A stretch of DNA of 64,000 bases from Azolla caroliniana. Taxonomy: Eukaryota; Plantae; Polypodiophyta. Both the position numbers and the translations under genes were made by a program. Shown here in pieces: positions 1 through 9,064 of the stretch. Location of the stretch: positions 4,340,001-4,404,000 of the forward strand of contig JBHGNT010000015.1 in assembly GCA_043228905.1 (NCBI GenBank), given 5' to 3'. Each line of letters starts with the position of its first letter. Positions within the stretch are counted from its first letter, which is position 1. The notes beneath the pieces were generated by a model. The model was given only the letters and a program-made list of their open reading frames with translations. It made no database searches and had not been told where the DNA came from.

Positions 1-1892
1 ATGGCCTACCAACGGTTGCATGCTTCTTCCACCGACTTCTTGAGGTTTGCAATTTCTTGCTGACTAATCGCCGCCGCTTCTTTGTACGTGGTCTTCAGGC
101 CCGCCCAGAGCTGGGATTCCTTTGCATGGAGTTCTTCTAATGTCCCCATTTCATTGTTTAGGCGGATTTCGAGCTGATGCCTTCTTTCCTGTTCGCCCAC
201 CAGCTGCTCGTCGAACCATACCTTCTTTTTCTCCAATAGGGTCTAGAGTCCCGCGATTGCTGCCTCCGATTTCTTCGCTTCCTCCCGTAATTGGGCATTT
301 TCATCTTTTGTCCGGATGTGTTGTGCTGCCTCTGCAACAAGTTTCTCTTCAAGGATTTTTACTGCCTTCCGGCCGTTAGCTCGGATCTCCTTTTCCCTAT
401 CTGAGGATTGGCGAAGTTGTACGACCCTTTTTTCTGATTCCGCTAGTTGTACGGCCCTTTTTGCTTTTGAGGCAATGGCGGTCCGAGCCTCAATCTCTTC
501 CTTCAAGGCGTCGATGGCGTGGTTTGGTGGTGGAGTTGCCTATTGCGCCGTAGTCGTGTTAATTTCCAACTCTGCGATGCGTTTGTTGGCTTTTTGCAGC
601 TTGGTTTGGGTCAGTTTTACCTTCTTCCAGACATTCTTATTTTTAATGGCCATCTCCTTGGCGCCAGTGCTGACCTTTGCTAGTTCCCTATGCACTTCCA
701 CTAGGGCCATGTTTAATGGGGGTAGCTCCATCCCCACTTGGCGTATACCGGCGTTCCTCTATCTGCCGACTCTGGCTAGCCGGTCCTCATCGTCGCTCTC
801 CGCCGTTTGTGTTAGGGCACGCTCGATCATCTGGCACTCCGTGTGCTCCTCGGCCATTCGTTGTGAGGCCTTTATTCGTTGCATTGCCAAGAATTCCATG
901 AGCTGAAAAGAGGTTCCGAACTACAAGAGGGAGCTGAACTAATGGGCCGTGTCCGGGATATCTGGATATGCCAAAACCTCGCTTTCCGCCGTCAATACAA
1001 CTTTCCCTCGTTGTGACTAGGCCGTAATGATCAGTCGTGGCTCCTAGATGATTTCGAAGGTGGTGTTGGGCTCCGTAGTTGCAGAGCCATCACGTTTGGT
1101 GGTTGTCTTTGCTGTCGTGGGGACGTCTTTAACTAATACCCACCCATCTTTCCTGTCCAACCTCCGTCGTTTCGGTCTAGGGCTATCTTATCGTGTTTTG
1201 GCGCCTGGCTTTGGGGCTGCTTCCGCAGAGCGCGCCGCTTGCTCTTCCTGCGTTGTCCGTGTGTCTGGCTGGGCGGGTTGGGGTTCCTCTTCCTACTCTG
1301 TGGCAGCTAACACCACTAACCTGCGCTTCGCGGATCGGGACGGAGGCGTGGGTCTGCTGGGCTGCGGTGCCGGCAAGCCGCGGGGTGGGAATAGCACCGT
1401 CAGGTACTGTTGTATGATCGGCCTGAGCTTCTTGCCTCCCTAATACGCATGTAGGCCTTCCCTTAACGCCGACCCCGTGATGACTCCCCAAGCAACCGCA
1501 CGCCCTTCAAAGGTATCAATAATGATACCCGCCTTCTACTTGGGCATCCCATATGCGTTGACGTGTACGCATCCAACCTCTAATAGGAACTTGGCAACTT
1601 CACGGAAGAAAGGATCCGGGATCTGCCTTGTTCTATAGGCCTTGGCGGAGGAGGAATATGGGCCGAAATATATCTGCAGTGCCTCTACAGGAGGGATTTC
1701 GAAATTCCTCTCGCCTAGAGATGACAGGTCCAACTTTTTCCGGATGGAAGAGTTGGTGACTGTGTCGATATTAAGCTTTTTGGCGATGTCCATTGCATCC
1801 GGGTGTGGAGGTGCCTCTACGACCCGGATGTACCCATCCAAGCATTTCTCCACGAGTCATCGGCGTAAGGCGGTAGAGATAAAGATCGACAT
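1..1892 (-). pseudogene. ORF3 of gypsy A: extra 3' ORF (conserved N-terminal domain, Pro/Thr-rich linker, coiled coil); runs off the window
   Basis: ORF pieces 1857.., 1536..1853, 540..737, 243..506 and 6..236 are all in one frame from the ATG at 1892 and are separated by stop codons. Clearly homologous to 14202-16759. Confidence 0.8.
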
Positions 1893-2112
1893 GTTTAGAG
1901 TAGGCTCGTGGGGAGGAGACTGGTGTTTGCGGTGGGCTGCAGATCTGTGAGAGGATGGAGGAGAAGGTGAGGGAGGGTAGCGATGAGAGTGCTGAGACTT
2001 AGGAGGTGGGTTTCTGTTTTGTGTAGAAGATCTTCTATTTCCTTCTTTTTGTGGCCTAGGGTTCATTCGGCGGTGAGCCATCATGGTGCCGCGTGTTCTT
2101 GATCTAGGAGTC

Positions 2113-2545
2113 TTAATAGCGTCGCTATCTTCTCTTTTTGTTTTCTTTTTCGTAACGGTTACATACAACCTATTTTTACATTATGATACAAGTGGGGCCG
2201 TCTACTTACGCCGCGGGTTCTCTGGCTTTGTCCTTTTTCTTTAATAGCGTCGCTATCTTCTCTCTTCTTCTTTTTTTCGTAACGATCCTTTTTCTTTAAT
2301 AGTGTCACTATCTTCTCTTTTTCTTTTTTTTCGTAACGGTTACATACAACCTATTTTTACATTATGATACAAGTGGGGCCGTCTACTTACACCGCGGGTT
2401 CTCCGGCTTTGTCCTTTTTCTTTAATAGCGTCGCTATCTTCTCTTTCTTTCTTTTTTCATAACGGTTACATACAACCTATTTTTACATTATGATACAAGT
2501 GGGGCCGTCTACTTACGCTGCGGGTTCTCCGGCTTTGTCCTGTCC
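2113..2545. repeat. Tandem repeat of about 128 bp, 3 full copies plus a partial copy, between pol and ORF3 of A
   Basis: Recurring ttaatagcgtcgctatcttctc...catacaacctatttttacattatgatacaagtggggccgtctacttac...ggctttgtcc. Confidence 0.9.
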
Positions 2546-2585
2546 GGCGGTGAATGGGTTAGGTGGCGTAGGGCCCCGATAAGGT

Positions 2586-3663
2586 TTAAGGCGGAACCCA
2601 TTCACCTTTTGTCATAAGACTTCCCCGGCCAGCGTGCCTAATTGGAACGTGCCTTGTTCCGCTCCTATTATCCAGTACGGGCCTGTCCAACGGAATCGTA
2701 ACTTTCCTGGCATATGGCCCATGAGGGTTTGGAAAACCAGTACCACTCGACTGATTGCGAAATCCTTTTCCCATGCGTTTCGATGTCGATCCACAAACGC
2801 TTTACGCCGTGCATTTTCCTCCTCCAACACAGCCATGCTGTGTACGCGTTTTTCGCCAAGTTCGAATAGCTGGTGGAGCCGTACCTCCTCCGACTTGGCT
2901 TCCGATAGTCGGTCCCGTACCTGAATCCGTAAACTGGGTATCTGAAACTCTACCGGCATCACGACCTCCACCCAAACGCTAGTCGAAACGGTGTTGACTG
3001 TATGCTTGTTTTATAGCGGGTTCGGTATGCCCATAACCCACTCTGTAATTTGGTATCCCAGTTCGTTCCATTTTCATTGATGATTTTCTTTAAGATGGTC
3101 TGCAACGTCTTGTTGGTGGATTCCGCTAACCCATTTGCCTGTGGATAATATGGCGTACTCTTCTTGTGGATTGCGGCGTAATGATGTGTTAGTTCCAGAA
3201 CAATTGTATTGAGAAAGTGGCTCCCTTGGTCACTGATAAGCTCAATCGGACAACCGAACCGACACCAGATGTGCTCGTAGAGGAATCTCGCTGTGACGAC
3301 CGCCGTATTTTCTCGTAGTGCCTTTGCTTCTACCCACTTGGTGCAATAATCCGTGGCTACCAATATGTATTTATTGCTCGTACGGGTTGCCGCCAGTGTG
3401 AAGGGGCCCACAAAATCCAATCCCCACTTTTGGAAGGGGTCTAACGGTAATACGGGCTGGTGTGGCATCCTTGTGCCCTCTCTGGGCTGGCCCATCTGTT
3501 GACACAAATCACACTTTCTACAATACTCGTATGCGTCCTTCTGTGTTGTCGGCCACCATAGGCCTGCCAACCATATTTTCCGGGCTATAACATCGCCCGC
3601 ATAATGGCCGCCTGTCGTGCCGCAGTGAGCCTCCCGTAAGACTGCTTCTTTCTCATCCTGACG
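2586..3663 (-). pseudogene. Integrase of gypsy A (frameshifted; its 5' part lies at 9065-9417)
   Basis: HHCC zinc domain, DDE core and GPY motif in ORFs 2959..3732 and 2612..2971. Confidence 0.9.
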
Positions 3664-4306
3664 TGTCGGACTTCCGTGTTCGGCCACAACCGAGGAACAG
3701 GATCGATTCACAGAAAACGGGAAATACAACAATGCACGAAAAACAATAGAGAGAAGGGCACACTGGATGTTTTACGTGGAAAACCCTAAATGGGAAAAAC
3801 CACGGGAGTGCAAGACTCCAACTATCACTATACGCGGGAATGTACAATGGCGAGCTGCAAGGCGACGACCTTGAGCTCGCTGTCCTCGCCACAGGCGGCG
3901 GTATTACACAGAGGCGTCGACCTCTTCCTTCCTCCTTCTCTCTCACTCTCTCTCGGCTGCTCTCACTTCGCTCCCTCTTAGTGGAAAACAGAAAATGAGC
4001 AACAACAGACTTAACTGTTTGCCCTAAGTCATATTTATACACATATGACTTTCGGGCTATTTACAAATATAGCCTCAAGGGCTCTTGGCAAACATATTCA
4101 CAAATATGTCTCCGCATCCGGATCTCTCTCCGGGTACATTCGTCATCCGGCTCCGTAACCGGGGTCTTCATCATCCGGCTCCGTAGCCGGGGTCTTCATC
4201 ATCCGGCTCCGTAACCGGGGTCTTCATCATCCGGCTCCGTAACCGCAACCGGGCTTGCCGTCATTCATCTCCGGACATCCCATCCGGAGGGACCGAAATC
4301 CCAACA
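3664..4306 (-). repeat. Copia-1 3' LTR, with a 28-bp tandem array (about 3.6 copies, 4143-4245)
   Basis: Direct repeat of 8422-9064, with one substitution seen; PPT adjacent at 4307-4320. Confidence 0.97.
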
Positions 4307-4316
4307 AACTCCCCCT

Positions 4317-7300
4317 TCACTTCGGCATGGGATGTCTCTCCAGTCCGATCCTCTTCCGGCATGCTTCCAGCTTGTCGGGTGTGAGCACCTTGGTCAGCAT
4401 ATCCGACCCGTTCTCGTCCGTGTGGACCTTCGTCAGCACGAACTCCTTGTCTTCTATCCTTTCCCGGATCCAGTGATATCTTCGCTGGATGTGCTTCGTC
4501 CGGGAGTGATAAGCCGCGTTCTTCGCAAGGTGGATGGCACTCTGACTGTCGCAGTAGAGTCGGTACTCCTCCTGCTGGATACCGAGCTCTCTAATGAAGT
4601 CCTTCATCCATATTATTTCCTTGCCGGCTTCAACAGCCGCCATGTACTCCGCCTCCGTGGTTGACAATGCAACCGTCTTCTGCAGCCTCGACTGCCACGA
4701 AACAGCTCCACCTGCATACGTCATCACATACCCTGATGTGGACCGGCTGGTATCTGCATCAGCCGACATATCCGAGTCGGTAAAGCCGTCGAATTCGGGC
4801 TTACCGGAGCCGAATCGGAGGCACACGTTTGTCGTGCCCTTCAGGTATCGGAGTATCCACTTGACCGCGTTCCAGTGCTCTTTGCCGGGATTGCTCATGT
4901 ACCGGCTCACCACTCCAACTGCATATCCTATGTCCGGTCTTGTACACACCATTGCGTACATTAAGCTTCCGACGGCAGAGGCATATGGTACTTTCATCAT
5001 GTCCTCCTTCTCAGCCTTTGTCTTGGGGCTTTGCTTGCTGGACAACTTGCAGTTTCCCGGGAGGGTTGACCCGACCGGTCTTGCTTCCGACATGTTGAAC
5101 CGGTGAAGCACCTTTGTCACGTACTTCTCCTGTGACAGCCACAACTGCTTCTTCTTCCGGTCCCGGATGATGTGCATCCCTAGTATTTGCCTCGCCGGAC
5201 CCAGGTCCTTCATTGAGAAGGTTCGGTGAAGCGCTTTCTTCAGCGTCCGTATCTTGACCTGGTCCCGTCCGACGATCAACATGTCGTCCACGTACAGGAG
5301 GAGTATTAGAGAGTCTCCTCCTTCGAACTTCTTCACAAACACGCAGTGATCAGACTGCGTTTTGTGGTACCCTTCGTCGGTCATGAAGGAGTCGAACTTC
5401 CGGTACCATTGCCGGGGAGCCTGCTTCAGTCCGTAAAGGCTCTTCTTCAACCGGCATACCAGGTGCTCCTTCCCTTTCTTCTCGAATCCTTCCGGTTGCT
5501 GCATGTAGATCTCTTCTTCGAGGTCACCGTGAAGGAATGCCGTCTTCATGTCCATCTGTTCTACCTCGAGGTCCATGCTTGCCGCTATGCTCAGCACCGT
5601 CCGGATGGAGGTCATCTTCACTACCGGGGCGAATATCTCGTCGAAGTCGACGCCCTTCTTCTGCTGAAACCCCTTCACCACGATCCTGGCTTTGTATCTC
5701 GGGGGGTTTCCGGCATCTCCCGGTTTCAGCTTGAACACCCACTTGTTTCGAAGTGCCCGCTTTCCTTTCGGCAACTCCACAAGTTCATATGTGTGGTTCT
5801 CATGCAGGGAATCCATCTCGTCCTGCATGGCACTCAACCACCTGCGGCTCTGGGTGTCATGCTTTGCTTCTTCAAAGCTCTCCGGCTCCCCTTCGTCGGT
5901 TAGCAGCACGTGCTCTGGTTCCGGAAATCTCCAGGGGGCCCTTCTCTCTCTTAGAGGATATCTCCGTTCCGGAGCTTCGGTAACCGGTTCTTCCGATTCT
6001 TCTTCATCCGAATCCATTTCGGGATCGGGGCCGGTTCCGGTATCATTTTCATCTTCTTCGGCCGGTTCTGTTTCTTCATAGTCTTCGGCCGGATCCTCGA
6101 GTGTTAACCGGTCCCTTGCCGGTCGGGACTGCTCCTCGTAGAGTTGATCCTCACCGGTCGACTTGGAGCTCTTCATCTTCTTCTCCGACTCCCAGTCGGC
6201 GAGTGTCTTGTCCTCCATGAAGATGATGTCTCGACTCCTGAATATCTTCTTGTCGACCGGGTCCCATACTCGGTAGCCGAACTTGTCGTCGCCGTAACCG
6301 AGGAATATGCATGGCCGGATCTTTGGATCTAGCTTTCCTCTCCGGTCCTTTGCCACATGCACGTATGCGAGACACCCGAACACCTTCAGATGCCGGTAGG
6401 ACACTTCCTTACCGGTCCACACTTTCTGCGGCGTGTCTCCGTCCAGAGGTACTGAGGGTGATCTATTTATCACGTATGTCGCCGTCGACATCGCCTCAGC
6501 CCAAAACCCCTTGGGTAATTTCGCATGCGCTAGCATACTCCGGACCCTCTCCATTATGGTCCGGTTCATCCTCTCGGCCAGCCCGTTCAGTTCCGGCGTC
6601 TTCGGCACAGTAAACTCGAGCCTGATTCCCTTCGAGCGACAGTACTCCTGGAACTGCCCCCGGTATTCCCCTCCGTTATCCGCTCGTATCGCTTTCAGCT
6701 TCTTGCCGGATTCCCTTTCCACTCTCGCGTGGAGTTCTTTGAAGACGGACAACACTTGGTCCTTTGTCTTCAACGGCGCCGTCCACAGCTTTCGGCTGTG
6801 ATCATCAATGAAAGTCACGAAGTACTGGGCTCCGCCATGTGACTTCGTTTCTACCTGACACACATCCGTGTGCACCAACTCCAATGGTGCGCTACGTCTC
6901 GTCGGTGGCCTTGAGTGGAAGGAGGTTCGGTTCTGCTTACCGGCCAGGCAATCGGTGCACTTCTCCAGATGCACATGCTTCACTGGAATGAGGTTGTCTT
7001 CTGCAAGCCTCTTCATCCCCTTCTCGCTCATGTGGCACAGTCTCTTGTGCCACAGCTCACCGGCAGTGTCGGCTGCCACGTTCAGCTCCTCCGGACATAG
7101 CCGGGAATTCATCAGGTACAGGGTGTTGACCTTCCGGGCCCGAGCCACTATCAGGCTCCCCTTGCTGAACTTCATGACACCGTTCCGGATGCTACCCGTG
7201 TAGCCTTCATCATCTAGCCTCCCGGCCGAGATCAGGTTCAATCGGACCTCCAGAACGTGTCGCACATCCTTCAACAGCATCTTGCATCCGGTTGATGTCA

Positions 7301-8390
7301 ACAGCCACACGTCTCCTATGCCGGCAATCCGGCATGTGCCTTCATTTCCCATCCGGACACAGCCATGTTCACCGGCTGTGTAGGATGAGAAGTATCTGCT
7401 TTCCGGGGTCAGGTGGAACGACACTCCGGAATCGACCACCCAGGTAGTCTCATCGCCGGCAATGTTTAGTTCACCTTCTTCGGTGATGAGCATGATCTCC
7501 TCTTCACTTGCCACGAGTGCCGTCGTTCCTTTCCGGTCCTGCCCTCGCCGATCCGGACCTCTCCGGTCCGTGGCTCCCCGGTATGCACCGTTTCTCTCCG
7601 GTGACTTCTTCGAATCGGTGTCGTCGGCTCCGTTGTCTTTTCGGTAATGCCGACAATTCTTCCGGAAGTGCCCCGGCTTCCCACAGTGGAAGCATGTGGG
7701 TCTTCCTCTTGACTGCGACCGGGTCCCCGACTTCTCCCGTCTTTGCGGACTCCGGTTCCATTGTCTTCCCCGTTCCAATTCGGTAAGTAGCGCCTTCGAG
7801 TCGGAGACCGGTTCTTTATCTCTCCGACGCGCTTCTTCGTTCAAAATACTTGTCTTTACCGTTTGTAGGGACAAGTTATCTTCGGCGCAGGAGGTGCTGA
7901 GAGTCACCACCAAGTTCTCCCAGCTGTCCGGCAATGTACACATCAGGATGATGGCTTGCATTGCATCCTCCAACGGGAACTTGATCGCCGCAAGCTGGTT
8001 CACGAATCCCATGAACGTGCTTACGTGTTCCACCATACTCTCGCCGTCCCGGTACTTGAGGTTCACTATCTTTCTCATCAGGGAGGTCCGGTTCAACGCA
8101 TTCTTCCTCTCGTAGAGGCCCGACAGCTTCCTCCACATCTCATATGCGTTGGTGTCGTTCGCCACGTGTTGTAGAACGCTCACGTCGACGTATTGCCGAA
8201 TGGTTGCAACGGCTTTCCGGTTCAGAAGCCTCCACTCCGTCTCAAGTACCCCCTTGGGTATTTCCGACCTGTCGATCGGTTCATACAGGTCCCGAACAAT
8301 GAGCAGATCCTCCATCTTTATCTTCCAGTCGGCGTAGTTCTGCGCATTCAGCACCATCATCCCCGGCTGCCCGCTGCTGCCGCCTTCCAT
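4317..8390 (-). CDS. Copia Gag-Pol polyprotein (Gag, CCHC knuckle, PR, IN, RT, RNaseH), 1357 aa
   Basis: CFHCGKPGHFRKNC, WVVDSG, LWHKRLCH, TFIDD, DNGGEY, YVDDML, ADADTSRSTSGY and DMLTK all lie in one open frame; first ATG after the PBS is at 8390. Confidence 0.96.
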   Translation of the reverse strand: MEGGSSGQPGMMVLNAQNYADWKIKMEDLLIVRDLYEPIDRSEIPKGVLETEWRLLNRKAVATIRQYVDVSVLQHVANDTNAYEMWRKLSGLYERKNALNRTSLMRKIVNLKYRDGESMVEHVSTFMGFVNQLAAIKFPLEDAMQAIILMCTLPDSWENLVVTLSTSCAEDNLSLQTVKTSILNEEARRRDKEPVSDSKALLTELERGRQWNRSPQRREKSGTRSQSRGRPTCFHCGKPGHFRKNCRHYRKDNGADDTDSKKSPERNGAYRGATDRRGPDRRGQDRKGTTALVASEEEIMLITEEGELNIAGDETTWVVDSGVSFHLTPESRYFSSYTAGEHGCVRMGNEGTCRIAGIGDVWLLTSTGCKMLLKDVRHVLEVRLNLISAGRLDDEGYTGSIRNGVMKFSKGSLIVARARKVNTLYLMNSRLCPEELNVAADTAGELWHKRLCHMSEKGMKRLAEDNLIPVKHVHLEKCTDCLAGKQNRTSFHSRPPTRRSAPLELVHTDVCQVETKSHGGAQYFVTFIDDHSRKLWTAPLKTKDQVLSVFKELHARVERESGKKLKAIRADNGGEYRGQFQEYCRSKGIRLEFTVPKTPELNGLAERMNRTIMERVRSMLAHAKLPKGFWAEAMSTATYVINRSPSVPLDGDTPQKVWTGKEVSYRHLKVFGCLAYVHVAKDRRGKLDPKIRPCIFLGYGDDKFGYRVWDPVDKKIFRSRDIIFMEDKTLADWESEKKMKSSKSTGEDQLYEEQSRPARDRLTLEDPAEDYEETEPAEEDENDTGTGPDPEMDSDEEESEEPVTEAPERRYPLRERRAPWRFPEPEHVLLTDEGEPESFEEAKHDTQSRRWLSAMQDEMDSLHENHTYELVELPKGKRALRNKWVFKLKPGDAGNPPRYKARIVVKGFQQKKGVDFDEIFAPVVKMTSIRTVLSIAASMDLEVEQMDMKTAFLHGDLEEEIYMQQPEGFEKKGKEHLVCRLKKSLYGLKQAPRQWYRKFDSFMTDEGYHKTQSDHCVFVKKFEGGDSLILLLYVDDMLIVGRDQVKIRTLKKALHRTFSMKDLGPARQILGMHIIRDRKKKQLWLSQEKYVTKVLHRFNMSEARPVGSTLPGNCKLSSKQSPKTKAEKEDMMKVPYASAVGSLMYAMVCTRPDIGYAVGVVSRYMSNPGKEHWNAVKWILRYLKGTTNVCLRFGSGKPEFDGFTDSDMSADADTSRSTSGYVMTYAGGAVSWQSRLQKTVALSTTEAEYMAAVEAGKEIIWMKDFIRELGIQQEEYRLYCDSQSAIHLAKNAAYHSRTKHIQRRYHWIRERIEDKEFVLTKVHTDENGSDMLTKVLTPDKLEACRKRIGLERHPMPK

Positions 8391-8406
8391 TTTCTGTGTT
8401 ACCGTC

Positions 8407-8418
8407 GCTCTGATACCA
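8407..8418 (-). other. Primer-binding site (tRNA-iMet) of Copia-1
   Basis: TGGTATCAGAGC, 3 nt after the 5' LTR. Confidence 0.95.
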
Positions 8419-8421
8419 CTT

Positions 8422-9064
8422 TGTCGGACTTCCGTGTTCGGCCACAACCGAGGAACAGGATCGATTCACAGAAAACGGGAAATACAACAATGCACGAAAA
8501 ACAATAGAGAGAAGGGCACACTGGATGTTTTACGTGGAAAACCCTAAATGGGAAAAACCACGGGAGTGCAAGACTCCAACTATCACTATACGCGGGAATG
8601 TACAATGGCGAGCTGCAAGGCGACGACCTTGAGCTCGCTGTCCTCGCCACAGGCGGCGGTATTACACAGAGGCGTCGACCTCTTCCTTCCTCCTTCTCTC
8701 TCACTCTCTCTCGGCTGCTCTCACTTCGCTCCCTCTTAGTGGAAAACAGAAAATGAGCAACAACAAACTTAACTGTTTGCCCTAAGTCATATTTATACAC
8801 ATATGACTTTCGGGCTATTTACAAATATAGCCTCAAGGGCTCTTGGCAAACATATTCACAAATATGTCTCCGCATCCGGATCTCTCTCCGGGTACATTCG
8901 TCATCCGGCTCCGTAACCGGGGTCTTCATCATCCGGCTCCGTAGCCGGGGTCTTCATCATCCGGCTCCGTAACCGGGGTCTTCATCATCCGGCTCCGTAA
9001 CCGCAACCGGGCTTGCCGTCATTCATCTCCGGACATCCCATCCGGAGGGACCGAAATCCCAACA
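8422..9064 (-). repeat. Copia-1 5' LTR
   Basis: Direct repeat of 3664-4306; TATAAATA on minus. Confidence 0.97.

Larger units (their letters stand above)
3664..9064 (-). mobile_element. Copia-1: complete, young Ty1/copia element (Tnt1-like)
   Basis: Two 643-bp LTRs with TG...CA ends, perfect 5-bp TSD TGACG (3659-3663 / 9065-9069), PBS TGGTATCAGAGC, PPT GTGAAGGGGGAG and an uninterrupted polyprotein ORF. Confidence 0.98.

Noticed and set aside
316-906. 196-aa plus-strand ORF
   Set aside because: Antisense shadow of the coiled-coil part of ORF3; no independent motifs.
8391-8447. N-terminal extension of the 1376-aa ORF
   Set aside because: It starts at a non-ATG codon inside the LTR and crosses the PBS; the ATG at 8390 matches the start position in Copia-2/3.
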